NCBI GenBank assembly: GCA_965228735.1
Contig: OZ245838.1
Span: forward strand, 864,001 to 928,000
From: Planctomycetota bacterium
Lineage (GTDB): Bacteria > Planctomycetota > UBA1135 > UBA2386
DNA length: 64,000 nt
Reading direction: 5' to 3'
Shown here: one piece after another, positions 27,893-38,236 of the stretch
Layout: each line of letters starts with the position of its first letter
How positions within the stretch are numbered: the stretch's first letter is position 1
Program-made: the position numbers and the translations under genes
Notes under the pieces: model-generated
The model's input: only the letters and a program-made list of their open reading frames with translations
What the model was told of the DNA's origin: nothing
Database searches by the model: none

Positions 27893-30800
27893 CTACTGCA
27901 GCACGACGTCGTCGATGCAGATGTCACTCTGCCAGCTCGACCCCGTCGTGACGAAGAAGCGCACGGTCTGCACGCCGGTGACGCCGAGGTTGATCGTGGC
28001 CGTCTGCCACGCGCTGCCCTGACTGCCGGACTGCGTCCAGTGCGTCGTCACCGCGCCACCGGAGCTGACGGTCTGCACCCGCAGGGTGCCCATCGAGCCG
28101 CCGAGCATGTGGTAGCGGAACGTCAGGGTCTCGCTGCCGTTGAACGTCAACGGCGCCGACTGCAGGTACGCGGTCTTGTTCGGGTAGCCGGTGCCGTTCC
28201 CGGACGATTCCACGTAGGCGTAGAACGACCCCTGGGCAGCGCCCGACGGGCCCGTGTTGTTGCTCGGCGTGCCGCCCGAACGGCGCGTCCAGTCGAGGTC
28301 GTCACCGCCCGTGTTGGTGAGCGCCGAGAAGCCGGACTCGAGGTCCTCGGAGAAGCTCGCGCCGCTGCCCGTGCCGCCGCCCTCACCGATCGACACGTCG
28401 TCGATGCAGATGTCGCTGCGGTAGTTGCCGCCGAGCTGGGCAAAGAACCGGATGCGGTGGTCACTCGTGAGTGCGGCGAGCGAAACGGTCGCGGACTGCC
28501 ACGCCGTGCCCTGGTTGCCGGATCTGGACCACAGCGTCGTCGAGGCCCCGCTCGGCGTGATCGCCTGCACGCTGAGCGTGCCCATGTCGGCGCCGTACAT
28601 GTGGTAGCGGAACGTCAGTTCCTCGCCGCCGGTGAACGCCATGAGACCCGTCGTGAGTCCGGCGTTGGTGCCGATGTTGGGCGAGGACGCCTCGACGTAG
28701 GCGTAGTACGAACCGACCGCCGCACCGCTCGGGCCGGTGTTGCTGCTCGGCGTGCCGCCCGTTCGCCTGGTCCAGTCGTTGCTGTCGCCGCCTTCGTTGG
28801 TCAGATCACCGAAGCCCGACTCGAAGCCGACGTCGAGCGTCGGGTCGCCGGCACCGGGACCGCCGCCGCCGACGATGCTGCCATCGCCGGTGATCTCGAT
28901 GTTGTCGACGGTGAAGTCGCTCTGCCAACTCGAGCCCGTGGTCGCGAAGAAGCGCAGCGCTTGGTCGCCGGACAGGCCCGAAAGATCGACCGCGGCCTGA
29001 TACCAGCTGTTGCCCTGGTTGCCCGAACGCGTCCAGAGCGTCGTGACCGAACCGGAGCCCGACACGGCCTGCAGCTGCAGCGTGCCCATCGAGCCGCCGT
29101 ACATGTGGTAGGCGAACGTCATCGCCTCGGTGCCGGTCATCGCGATCGTCGGCCCCTGCAGGTAGGCGGTCTTGCTCGGATAGCCCGTGCCGTTGCCGGA
29201 CGATTCGACGTAGACGTACGTGCTGCCGTCCTGGGCACCCGTCGGTCCGGTCGAGCTCGAGGGCGTGCTGCCCGAACGGCGCGTCCAGTCGAGGTTGTCG
29301 CCGCCGATGTTGCTCCAGTTGTCGAAGCCCGATTCGAAGCTCGTCGCATCGATCACGGTGCCGCCGCCCGGGCCGCCGCCGCCGGTGCTGCCGGCGCCGC
29401 CGAGCACGACGAGCGCGTAGCTGGCATCCGTCGCGCCGGTCGCGACGTGCGCGTCCTGTACGATCGACTGCGCGATCACCTCGACGGTCCAGTTGCCGGC
29501 CTGCGGGTTGTCGACGATCACGCACTCGACCGAGTCGATGCTGTTGGCCGAACCGCCGGCCGTGGATGTCGTGCCGCTGCTGAGGCCGTTGTTCCCCCAA
29601 TAGACCGTGCCGCCGGGGGACGTGACGCGCAGGTTGAGGTTGTTGACGGCGGCGAGCGAGGCGCTCGGATTGCCGGCGGGCTCGAGGAACGTCATGCAGG
29701 CCTTGAAGCGACCCGCGCCGCTGCTGACGGCGATCGTGTGCGTCGCGGTCTGGCCCTGGGTCAGGATGTCGTCCTCGGGCACGACGAAGATGTCCGCGCG
29801 GTTGTCGTAGAGGTCCTGCAGGTTGGGGAAGCCCCAGCCCTGGTGCTCGCGGCGGTTGTCCGTGCTGCCGGCGCCGAACGCGTACTGGCGCGCGCCGACG
29901 ATCATCAGCGCCTTCAGGGTCTGCGCGTACGGCCGGTTCTGGAACCGGGTGCCGCCCGGCACGCGCGGCGGGCCGAACAGGTCATCCGTGTACATCTGGA
30001 TCGCGAGCGCGTTGTGGCCCGCCACGATCGGGGTCGCCCCGGACGTGCCGCCGAAGGTCGTCGTCGAGTTCCCCGACGAATAGCCCGCCGAGCCCGTGAG
30101 GTCCGACGCCCAGATGGAGTCGTAGTAGGCGCACAGGTCGGGCTTGATGCGACCGTCCGCGGCCGGCCCCGTGCTGCCGTTGCCGCCGGCCCAGGAGTCG
30201 TCACCGGCGTTGCTGTTGTTGTAGTGCTGCACGCCGCCGATGGAGAACACGTTCTTCGCCCACGCCTGCGGCCGCGACATCGGGTCGCCGGCGTTGGACT
30301 GGCTCTGCGTCCACGGGATGCGGTGGTCGAACACGACGTCGTCCGCGTCCGCGGAGATCGACGTGTAGGCCGTCGTGCGGCTGTTGCCCCACGACGCCGT
30401 CGTGAACATGCAGTCGAAGTCGTTGACGACCCGGTTGATCACGGCGTTCCGCGAGAAGCCTGACGTCACGCAGCTGTAGTTCGTGAAGAAGCCGACCGCG
30501 TCGGGCGCCATGCCGCGCGCCTGGATCGCGCTCGTGCCGTTGCCGAACACGATGCCGGCGGTGCAGTGGCCATGCCGTTCGGCGGAGTTGCAACTCTCGA
30601 TCGTGGTCAGCGCCGTGTTGAAGTCGGGGTGGTTGCCCTCGACGCCCTCGTAGATGTGACCGCGCACGCCGCTGCCGGTGTAGCCGCCGACCGACTCGAT
30701 GTAGTCACCGCCGCCCTGCACGCGGGCGTTGTCCATGTCGTCCTCGGGCGGGGACCAGCGGTCGATCCAGAGCACCTGGTCGAGGTTGGCGACCTGCAGC

Positions 30801-31555
30801 AGCTGCGTCGCGTCGAGCGTCGCCTCGACGAGGATGCTGCCGGGCAGCAGGTTGTCGACGGTGCCGCCGAGCCCGGTGATGCCGTCCGCGAGCGCCGGCT
30901 TGTCGGTGTGCTTGTTGCAGACGACGATGTTGTAGCGCCGCTCGCGCATGAGCGCGCCGCTCACGAACGCCTGGACGAGCTCCGGTTCGAGCCGGAACGC
31001 GGGTGCGTACGAGCCGACCCAGCGCACGAACGGCAGCCGGCCGATCGCGTTGGCCGCCGCGGCGTCGGCGCGCACGACGTAGGCCCCGTCGGGCAGGTAG
31101 CTGCAGAACAGGCCGCCGCGATCGTCGACCGCGTGCCGACGCTCCTCCGTGGGCTGGCCGTCGAACTGGACGATCCAGAGTTTCGAGGTGCCCGCGAGCA
31201 GGGGGTGTACCGGGTTCTGCGCGAGCGGGTCGAACGTCGCGTAGCGCAGGCGCAGCAGCTGTTGCGCGCGGGGTTCGCGTTCGGGCGCCGGCTCCTTGTC
31301 GGCCTGCTCGTCGCGAGTGGGGAGGTCGACCGCCGTCCGCACGGGTGCTTTGTCCGGCTGCCCTTGCGCGCGCAGGCCGTCGGGCAGCGCAGCGAGCGCG
31401 AGGAGCGCGCCGAGCGCGAGAGTGGCGCCCCGCGCGAGGTTGGCGCCCCGCACAAGGTTGGCACCGTGCGGGACGAAGCTCTCGGAGACGTGGTCTTCGA
31501 GGAACGAAACGTCGCGTGGGAAGCGACGTGAGTCGAGAGCGTGCATGGAGTGCAT
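27893..31555 (-). CDS. S8 subtilase with three C-terminal MAM domains
   Basis: HGHCTAG, GRIKPD and GGTSGATP motifs. Three FESG..W..DWTRR.G.TPS..TGP..Y.YVE..F.YHM.G..MGTL..W..D...D repeats. Start uncertain; 31555 has a GAGG SD. Confidence 0.85.
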   Translation of the reverse strand: MHSMHALDSRRFPRDVSFLEDHVSESFVPHGANLVRGANLARGATLALGALLALAALPDGLRAQGQPDKAPVRTAVDLPTRDEQADKEPAPEREPRAQQLLRLRYATFDPLAQNPVHPLLAGTSKLWIVQFDGQPTEERRHAVDDRGGLFCSYLPDGAYVVRADAAAANAIGRLPFVRWVGSYAPAFRLEPELVQAFVSGALMRERRYNIVVCNKHTDKPALADGITGLGGTVDNLLPGSILVEATLDATQLLQVANLDQVLWIDRWSPPEDDMDNARVQGGGDYIESVGGYTGSGVRGHIYEGVEGNHPDFNTALTTIESCNSAERHGHCTAGIVFGNGTSAIQARGMAPDAVGFFTNYSCVTSGFSRNAVINRVVNDFDCMFTTASWGNSRTTAYTSISADADDVVFDHRIPWTQSQSNAGDPMSRPQAWAKNVFSIGGVQHYNNSNAGDDSWAGGNGSTGPAADGRIKPDLCAYYDSIWASDLTGSAGYSSGNSTTTFGGTSGATPIVAGHNALAIQMYTDDLFGPPRVPGGTRFQNRPYAQTLKALMIVGARQYAFGAGSTDNRREHQGWGFPNLQDLYDNRADIFVVPEDDILTQGQTATHTIAVSSGAGRFKACMTFLEPAGNPSASLAAVNNLNLRVTSPGGTVYWGNNGLSSGTTSTAGGSANSIDSVECVIVDNPQAGNWTVEVIAQSIVQDAHVATGATDASYALVVLGGAGSTGGGGPGGGTVIDATSFESGFDNWSNIGGDNLDWTRRSGSTPSSSTGPTGAQDGSTYVYVESSGNGTGYPSKTAYLQGPTIAMTGTEAMTFAYHMYGGSMGTLQLQAVSGSGSVTTLWTRSGNQGNSWYQAAVDLSGLSGDQALRFFATTGSSWQSDFTVDNIEITGDGSIVGGGGPGAGDPTLDVGFESGFGDLTNEGGDSNDWTRRTGGTPSSNTGPSGAAVGSYYAYVEASSPNIGTNAGLTTGLMAFTGGEELTFRYHMYGADMGTLSVQAITPSGASTTLWSRSGNQGTAWQSATVSLAALTSDHRIRFFAQLGGNYRSDICIDDVSIGEGGGTGSGASFSEDLESGFSALTNTGGDDLDWTRRSGGTPSNNTGPSGAAQGSFYAYVESSGNGTGYPNKTAYLQSAPLTFNGSETLTFRYHMLGGSMGTLRVQTVSSGGAVTTHWTQSGSQGSAWQTATINLGVTGVQTVRFFVTTGSSWQSDICIDDVVLQ
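31423..31466. repeat. 18-bp tandem repeat (~2.5 units) in the subtilase N-terminus
   Basis: TGGCGCCCCGCGCGAGGT / TGGCGCCCCGCACAAGGT, encoding GANLVR-GANLAR-GATL. Confidence 0.7.
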
Positions 31556-31762
31556 GACGACCTCGGACGGGGAGCCAGAGCCAGACCGCGTGACCGCAAC
31601 GGACCCTGGTTCGAACGACGAGGCCGCTTTTGGTTGAGAGACGAGGGAGAGAGCAGCGGGCGATGCCCCGAGGACATCGACTTGCTCCGGCCCGAAGATA
31701 ACGAGGGTCACCGGTTCCGCAACCCGCGGTGGCAACGTGGTGACGCGGCGATGATCTGGCTG

Positions 31763-32848
31763 TCAGTGCCGCGACGGCAACCGAACGATCGCCTGCGCGC
31801 TGTGGCTCGTTGCGGCCTTCCAGACCGCACGGCCGGTGGCGTCCAGCAGGCGGCAGCCGTTGTCGCCGGTGACGAACGTTCGGCCGTCCGCGAGGCGGTG
31901 CACGTCCTCGGGCTGGTACGAGCAGTCGTTCGCGGTCACGACTTCGAGTCCGTCGGCGGTCCGTTCGTACTCGACGATTCGATTCGGCGCGTTGAGGCTC
32001 ACGAGGTAGTTGCCGTTCGGCAGCAGGTTCACGTCCATCGGCGAACCCGGCAGCCTGGCTTGCCAGACGACCTCGGCTGCATTCGTGACTTCGACCAGGC
32101 GCAGACCGGGGTAGTCGCAGATGAGCAGGTTGCCGTTGAACAACGGTTCGATCGCGACGCCGCCGACTCCGTCCAGGCGCTGTTGCTCCTTGCCGTCGGC
32201 GTCCAGCCAGAGCACGCACTTGCCGTTCCAGCCGCCCACGACGGTCCTGCCGTCCGGCAGGCGAACGGCGTCGAGCGGTGGTGCCGTGACCTTCGCGCGC
32301 CAGTGCACCTTGCCGTCCCAGTCGATCTCCTGGACCTCGCTGTTGGTCAGCGTCGTGATGAGCAGGCGATCGCCGGGGAGCGGCGTCAGCCCCCAGACGT
32401 TGGGCCGGGCGACGCGCCGCAGCTCCTTGCCATCGGCGTCGAACTCGACGATGTAGCCGCCGAGATACGACGACACGGTCACGGCGTCGCGGGTGCCGAT
32501 CGCCGCGAGCGTCAGCCCGATGGCGTCGTGGTGGCGGTGCGAGCCCGTGCCATGGAGTCGACGCAGGTTGCCGGCGACCGGCGCCGCGTCACGGCCGAAG
32601 CGGGCGAGCAGTTGCAGCGCGGTGGGCGCTCCGGCCGAGCTCTTCTGCACTTCGCGGAGGAGCAGCGGCGCGGTCGACGGGCCGGTCTGCCACAGTCGAT
32701 GAGCCGCGGCCACGCGGAGGTCCGGGTCACCGAGTTCCGCGCACCAGCCGATCAGGGTCTTGGCGGGCGGGGGCGCCGTGGTCGCGTTCTGGGCGACGGC
32801 GGCGCAGGCGAACAGGCACGGGAGTGCGAGGATCCGCATGGTGACCAT
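31763..32848 (-). CDS. Secreted protein with a HEAT-like N-terminus and a PQQ-like beta-propeller
   Basis: Signal peptide and repeated LP.G..L....V.E....G.V.W blades. Confidence 0.7.
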   Translation of the reverse strand: MVTMRILALPCLFACAAVAQNATTAPPPAKTLIGWCAELGDPDLRVAAAHRLWQTGPSTAPLLLREVQKSSAGAPTALQLLARFGRDAAPVAGNLRRLHGTGSHRHHDAIGLTLAAIGTRDAVTVSSYLGGYIVEFDADGKELRRVARPNVWGLTPLPGDRLLITTLTNSEVQEIDWDGKVHWRAKVTAPPLDAVRLPDGRTVVGGWNGKCVLWLDADGKEQQRLDGVGGVAIEPLFNGNLLICDYPGLRLVEVTNAAEVVWQARLPGSPMDVNLLPNGNYLVSLNAPNRIVEYERTADGLEVVTANDCSYQPEDVHRLADGRTFVTGDNGCRLLDATGRAVWKAATSHSAQAIVRLPSRH

Positions 32849-32930
32849 GATCGCACGAACGGGTCTTCGAGTGTGGCGCGACCCGGCATCCGTGCCGGTG
32901 GGCGAACGGGTCGAAACGCCGACCTCGCCA

Positions 32931-33578
32931 TCACCGCCGCCCGGGCCAGTTCAGGTCCAACAGGGTCGGGCTCGTTCCGGGCTCGATGGCGTCGCTCTTC
33001 AGCAGGCTGATCGCGAGCAGGATGCCCGTTGCGAGGCCGATCATGTGGGCCGCGTGACCGACGTTGGTCGCGCCGGACAGGAGTCCGAGCATGTCGAGGG
33101 TCAACCAGAACGCGATGGCAACCCAGCACGGCACGTCGCGCCCGGACGCGGTGCCGACGACCCCGATGGTGATGTAGTCCTTCGGGTGCAGCACGAGGAA
33201 CATCCCGGCTACCCCGTTGATCGCGGCGCTGGCTCCGCGCGCCTTGCCGCCGTCGAGCATGACGTGCACGACGGCGGGGACGACCGCGAGCACGACGTAG
33301 CAGAGCAGATACTGCGGCGAGCGGGCGCGGGCGCAGACGGCGTTGCCGAAGACCCAGAGGAACAGCATGTTGCCGAAGAGGTGCAGCGGGTCGGCATGCA
33401 GGAAGACATGCGTGAGGATCCCGATTCCCATGCCGTCGAGCAGCAGCCCGTCGTAGTCGCTGTCGTAGAAGCCGCGATCCGACGTCATGAAGAACGCCGC
33501 GACGGTCGCAGTGATGAGCACCCAGTTGCCAATGGGCCGCCGGTCGAGGCCGACGTCGACGGAGAGCGGGACGATCAT
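32931..33578 (-). CDS. Rhomboid-family intramembrane serine protease
   Basis: THVFLHAD..HLFGNMLFLWVFG, GASAAING (catalytic Ser), V.HAAH (catalytic His). Confidence 0.9.
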   Translation of the reverse strand: MIVPLSVDVGLDRRPIGNWVLITATVAAFFMTSDRGFYDSDYDGLLLDGMGIGILTHVFLHADPLHLFGNMLFLWVFGNAVCARARSPQYLLCYVVLAVVPAVVHVMLDGGKARGASAAINGVAGMFLVLHPKDYITIGVVGTASGRDVPCWVAIAFWLTLDMLGLLSGATNVGHAAHMIGLATGILLAISLLKSDAIEPGTSPTLLDLNWPGRR

Positions 33579-33596
33579 CGCGGGACCGCGGCCGGT

Positions 33597-35708
33597 TCAG
33601 TTCCCGATGACCATCTCGCTGGCGGCCGAGACGGCGATGCCCCCGAGCGCGCCTGCGGGGTCGAGCGCTGCTCCCTGGGAGTAGATTCGCGTGCCGATGA
33701 ATGTCGGGTCCGTTGGGATCGGCAGCGCGAATCGGGCCGCGCCGCCGGGGTCCGAGACGGTGACGTCGACCGCGAGCGGGCCGGCGACCAGCGCGGTGCA
33801 CCCGTTGCCGAGGGCGGTGTTGTCGGGCAGCAGACCGAACGCCACGCTCGTGAGCACGTTTGCCGGCACCGAGGTGAGCCGAACGCCGAACGTCGCGTGA
33901 CCGAGGTAGGGCACGAAGGTCGGGTCGAGGATCGGCACGCCGAGGCTGCCCGGGCATCCAACGCCGTAGGTCGTGGTCGCCGCGAGCGGGTCGTTGACCA
34001 GGCGGCGCAGCGCGCTCGTCTGGATCGGCTGCGCACCGCCCAGCAGGAGCAGGCCGTCGTCGGTCGAGACCAGCGAGGCGCAGAGGCTCTGCGGCACGGG
34101 ATCGGAGGACAGCGTCCACGAACCGTCCCACTCCCACAACTGCGCGGCTCGGAGCGTGTAGTTCCTCAGCTGGGTCTGCGGCACGGCGCCGCCGGTCAGG
34201 ACGACCTTGCCGCGCGTTTCGTCCCACGCCATGGCGAACCCGAGTCGCGAATGCAGCGCGGTCGGCGTCGGGCGGAACGCCCACGTCGTGCCGTTCCAGA
34301 CCCATGTCTTGCCGGTCGTCGAGAACAGCACGACGAGCTGCCGCAGCGGATCGTAGACCATGGCGTTCAGCGACGTCGTCGGCGAGACCGCCGGGTTGCT
34401 CTGTTGCCAGTCCGTGCCGTCGAACAGCCAGGTCTCGGGTGACCCCAACACGCCGCCATCGAACAGCACGACCTGATCGTTCGCGGCATCGAACGCGCAT
34501 TCAAAGCCCGGGCGATGCGGCGGCGGGTTGGTCGTCACGATCTCGACCCACGCCGAGCCGTCGAAGGTCCAGACCCGGATCGGGCCACTGCCCGAGCGCG
34601 TGACGAGCAGGAGGCGCTGGCGAACGGAGTCCCAAAGCAGCGGTCCAAACGCGCCGACCGGAATCGGGGCGAGTCCGGCGAGGCGGGTCCAGCGGGCACC
34701 GTCCCACTCGATGAAGCCGGCTTCGCCCGGTCCGAAGTACGACGATTGGTAGAGCACGACCCGGTCGCGGACGGGGTCGTGAACCACGTTGCGATAGAGC
34801 GGTGCGAACGCGAGGCTGCGCAGCGATGGCGCGGGCTCGCGCTCCGTCCATTGCACGCCATCCCAGTCCCACGTGTCCGTGCGGTCGGGGTAGCCGGGGT
34901 TGTCCGTGCCGCCGTGCAACACCACCGTCTCGGTCGAGGTGTCGTAGGTGAGGCCGAGGTGTTCGCGGTCGGCCGGCGCTGCGGTGGTCGCGGCCAGAAC
35001 GAAACCGGCGCCGGTATCGCGGTAGACCTGGAACGTGTAGCCGTCGCCCCGGAGGCCGATGAGTTCCTGGCGGGCCCGGTCGTAGATGACGCGATCCGCG
35101 CCCACGGGCAGGACCGGCAATGGGGGGCCGACCCAAGACGACCCGGACCACTCGTAGAAGCCGAAGCCCTCGTGCCCGAGCAGCTTCCCGTTGGCGCGGT
35201 CGTAGACGATGTCGTGCACCAGGCCGTTGCCCAGCCCGATCTGCAGCCAGTTCGTGCCGTCCCACTCCCACATGCGGAAGCCGCCGGCCTGGAAGGTGCC
35301 GTGCCGGACGAGGCGCCCGCGGCTGGGGTCGAAGGTCATCGAGCCGCGTGGGGTCGCCAACGCGGGCGTGTTGTCGACGAGCGTCCACTGGGCCCCGTCC
35401 CACGTCCACGTCTCGCCGACCGCCGCAGTGCCGACGCGGCCGCCGAACAACACGACCTGTCGCGAGACCTCGTCGAACGCGAGCTGCGGTTCCTGCCGGT
35501 TCCGCAGCGCGGCGGGCGACTCATGCCGCTGCCACCGATTGCCGTCGTGGGTCCAGGTGTCGTCGAACCCCAGGGCGACGAGTTCGCTGCGGGCCTCGTC
35601 GTAGGCCAGGCCGTTCGTCGTGGATCCGGGGCCGCTCTCGAACCGCCACGAAGACTGGGCAGCAGCGGGGGCGAGCACGAGCGTGACGACGGCGAGTAGG
35701 TAGCGCAC
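33597..35708 (-). CDS. Secreted Kelch-like repeat protein with the shared C-terminal domain
   Basis: Signal peptide, many YD......VLFGG....TW.WDG..W repeats and a terminal YGVGC...GCTALV...PIP.DP...YSQ domain. Confidence 0.85.
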   Translation of the reverse strand: MRYLLAVVTLVLAPAAAQSSWRFESGPGSTTNGLAYDEARSELVALGFDDTWTHDGNRWQRHESPAALRNRQEPQLAFDEVSRQVVLFGGRVGTAAVGETWTWDGAQWTLVDNTPALATPRGSMTFDPSRGRLVRHGTFQAGGFRMWEWDGTNWLQIGLGNGLVHDIVYDRANGKLLGHEGFGFYEWSGSSWVGPPLPVLPVGADRVIYDRARQELIGLRGDGYTFQVYRDTGAGFVLAATTAAPADREHLGLTYDTSTETVVLHGGTDNPGYPDRTDTWDWDGVQWTEREPAPSLRSLAFAPLYRNVVHDPVRDRVVLYQSSYFGPGEAGFIEWDGARWTRLAGLAPIPVGAFGPLLWDSVRQRLLLVTRSGSGPIRVWTFDGSAWVEIVTTNPPPHRPGFECAFDAANDQVVLFDGGVLGSPETWLFDGTDWQQSNPAVSPTTSLNAMVYDPLRQLVVLFSTTGKTWVWNGTTWAFRPTPTALHSRLGFAMAWDETRGKVVLTGGAVPQTQLRNYTLRAAQLWEWDGSWTLSSDPVPQSLCASLVSTDDGLLLLGGAQPIQTSALRRLVNDPLAATTTYGVGCPGSLGVPILDPTFVPYLGHATFGVRLTSVPANVLTSVAFGLLPDNTALGNGCTALVAGPLAVDVTVSDPGGAARFALPIPTDPTFIGTRIYSQGAALDPAGALGGIAVSAASEMVIGN

Positions 35709-35799
35709 CGCGTCATGGGGCCAGATCCGCTCGACGCCGTCAAGGGACCGCGGTCGGCACGCTCCTCGGCGCTTCTCGATCGGCGGATCGTACAGTCGG

Positions 35800-38076
35800 T
35801 CACTTCACGAGCGAGACGCGCAGCCGCTCCGTCGTGTAGGCCGTCGCATTGGCCGCGTCGAAGTGGACGCCCTGGAAGAACAGGTCGCCGGGATCGAGGA
35901 ACTCCGGCAGCGCGAGCGGCCACGACAGATTCGGGCCGAAGCCGATGGGGAGCGTGCCGAGGTAGGTCGGTCCGGTGTTGGGGACGTTGAGCCAGCAGCC
36001 GGGCGCGACCGGCGGGACGCCGACGAGCAGTTGGCTGAACGGCGCGACCGCGACCAGGACGGCGGCCAGCGCGCCGGGCGGGACGTTGAACAGCCGGACG
36101 CGGCAATCGGCGTTGCCGATCAGCGGTTCGCCGGCCCAGCTCAGCGTGCCGGTGCCGCAGCCGAGGCCGCCCGAGCCGGGGGTGGGCGTCGCGACGTGCT
36201 CGTAGCGATCGATCCACACGCGGTAGCCGGGCACGGCCGTGGTCAGGCCGTAGCCCGCCACGAATCCGCGCGACAGCGGCTCGGAGGCGACGGCGCCGGC
36301 GCTCGCGCTCGTGTTCGGCGCGGCGGTGTGCAGCGTCTCGGTGCGCACGAGCATCGCGTTGAAGCCGATGAGCCGCAGGTAGATGTTCTGCGTCGCCGTG
36401 CTGCGCACCGAGAGCAGGCCGAGGCTCGTGAAGCGGTCGCGGTCGAACCCGTCGAGATACAGGCGCGGGTTCGATTCGTTGTAGTGCGCGTCCCCCGGCC
36501 CGAGGTCGAAGTCGGTGCCGTTCCAGCGCACCGGCCACGTGCGGATGCGGTGGCCGTTGACGTCGTCGGGGCGCGCGCCGACATCGCCCGGCCGCGCGCG
36601 CATGCAGGCCAGTAGCACGCCGTCGTCGGTGCCCGCGAGTCGCGCCCCGACCTCGTGTTGCCCATTGGCGAGGCCGAGGGTCAACGGGGTCCCGACCGCT
36701 CCGGAGCGCGACACCCTGAGGAGCTGCACGTCCCAGTCGACGTGCGGACTCACGATCGGTGAGACGCCGATCGTCTGGTAGGCGACGATGCGTTCGTCGA
36801 GCTCGACCAGGCCGTCCGTGATGGTGGGCCGCTCGTGATCCGCCCCCGGCGTCGTCGCGATCGGAAAGACGGCGCCCGCATTGCCGGTCGCGGTCGAGGC
36901 GTCGATCTCGACGCCGTAGATCTTGCTCGTGAGCGATGGGGCGAACGTCGGCAGTTCTTCGAGCTGGAACACGACGAGGAACGGTCGCGGCGACGCGCTC
37001 TGCCGCTCGGACGATACCGCCGGGCGCCAGGCCTGGTGGTTGCCGGTGGACACGCTGCCCCAGGACCCCGACAGGGAGAAGTCGGCGACATCGTGGCGGT
37101 GGAACCGCAGCTTGGCCGTGTTGTTGCTCGTGAAGTGGCGGCTGAACACCCCGAGCGTGCAGCCGTGGCCCTGGTGCGAGCCGATGCTCGGCTCGATCGA
37201 CGACCAGCTCGCGGAGAGGTCGGTGAAGACCTGCGTCTGCGCTGGGCCGTTGTGGCTCGCGCGGTACAGAAACAGGTCCGCGTCGCTCGCCGACGCCCAG
37301 CGCTCGTAGAACGCCCAGACGCCTTGCGCGCCGCTCGTGCAGGTGATGTCCATCGCTCCCGACGGCACGCTGCCCCAGATCGAGAAGAACACCCCGACGA
37401 GTGGATCGACGACGACCGGGTAGGTCGCCGCGTGCAGCCAGTCCGCGTCGAGCGTCAGCGTGATCGTTGCGCCGTCGACCGCCGTGGTCATCGGCTGGCG
37501 ATTGCCGCGCGCGTCGATCGCCGTCGCAGCGCCGTAGCTCAGGACGGCGCGACCGGTCGCATCGCGGAACACCACGGGCGCGTGCGCCGGTTCCCGCGGG
37601 TCGGCCGCAAGGGGCGACTCCACGCGACCGCGGATGACGAGCTCGCCGCCGGTCGGCGGTCGCTGCCGCAGCACGAACGTCTGTTCGACGCCGTCGGGGC
37701 GCACGTCCCAGGCCTCGACGAGTCCGCCGAGCGCGAACTCGGCGCGCTGCGCCGTATGCGAGAGTTGCGGCGGCCTGGTGCACAGCTCCAGCTGTCCGAC
37801 CGTCGCCGAGATCGTCGTCCAGCGCCACGGTTGGTTGGTCGGCGCGTCGCGGCCGAGGTACGGCACCACCGTCGCGCCATCATGGAACGACACCTTGTAG
37901 CCGCGTCCCGCGCCCCAGATGCCGTACTCGACGCCCTGATCCGACGCCTGCGTGTGGAGCGGGACCACGAGGTCGGGCGCCAGCTCGTGCGACCCCCGCG
38001 GAGGCTGCTGCGGCGCGGCGGCGAGCGCGTTGCCGAGGATGAACGCTTGGACGAACGGGTAGCGGACGCGGAGCAT
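35800..38076 (-). CDS. Secreted hypothetical protein with the shared C-terminal domain
   Basis: Signal-like N-terminus, a domain ending YPVVVDP and a terminal GLGCG...GCWLNV...LALP...FFQ domain. The start could be 38076 or 38100. Confidence 0.75.
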   Translation of the reverse strand: MLRVRYPFVQAFILGNALAAAPQQPPRGSHELAPDLVVPLHTQASDQGVEYGIWGAGRGYKVSFHDGATVVPYLGRDAPTNQPWRWTTISATVGQLELCTRPPQLSHTAQRAEFALGGLVEAWDVRPDGVEQTFVLRQRPPTGGELVIRGRVESPLAADPREPAHAPVVFRDATGRAVLSYGAATAIDARGNRQPMTTAVDGATITLTLDADWLHAATYPVVVDPLVGVFFSIWGSVPSGAMDITCTSGAQGVWAFYERWASASDADLFLYRASHNGPAQTQVFTDLSASWSSIEPSIGSHQGHGCTLGVFSRHFTSNNTAKLRFHRHDVADFSLSGSWGSVSTGNHQAWRPAVSSERQSASPRPFLVVFQLEELPTFAPSLTSKIYGVEIDASTATGNAGAVFPIATTPGADHERPTITDGLVELDERIVAYQTIGVSPIVSPHVDWDVQLLRVSRSGAVGTPLTLGLANGQHEVGARLAGTDDGVLLACMRARPGDVGARPDDVNGHRIRTWPVRWNGTDFDLGPGDAHYNESNPRLYLDGFDRDRFTSLGLLSVRSTATQNIYLRLIGFNAMLVRTETLHTAAPNTSASAGAVASEPLSRGFVAGYGLTTAVPGYRVWIDRYEHVATPTPGSGGLGCGTGTLSWAGEPLIGNADCRVRLFNVPPGALAAVLVAVAPFSQLLVGVPPVAPGCWLNVPNTGPTYLGTLPIGFGPNLSWPLALPEFLDPGDLFFQGVHFDAANATAYTTERLRVSLVK

Positions 38077-38236
38077 GACGGACCTCGCAATCGTGGACAA
38101 CGAATCGCGGGGCCCAGCGTCATGCTCGCGGCCGACCGGACAGGAAATCCGGCTCCGCGACGAGGTCGGCAGCGGGGGCGCAACGCGGCAGGCCTCGGGC
38201 GAGCGGCCCCGTCGAACCGTCAGTCGGGGTCGACGG

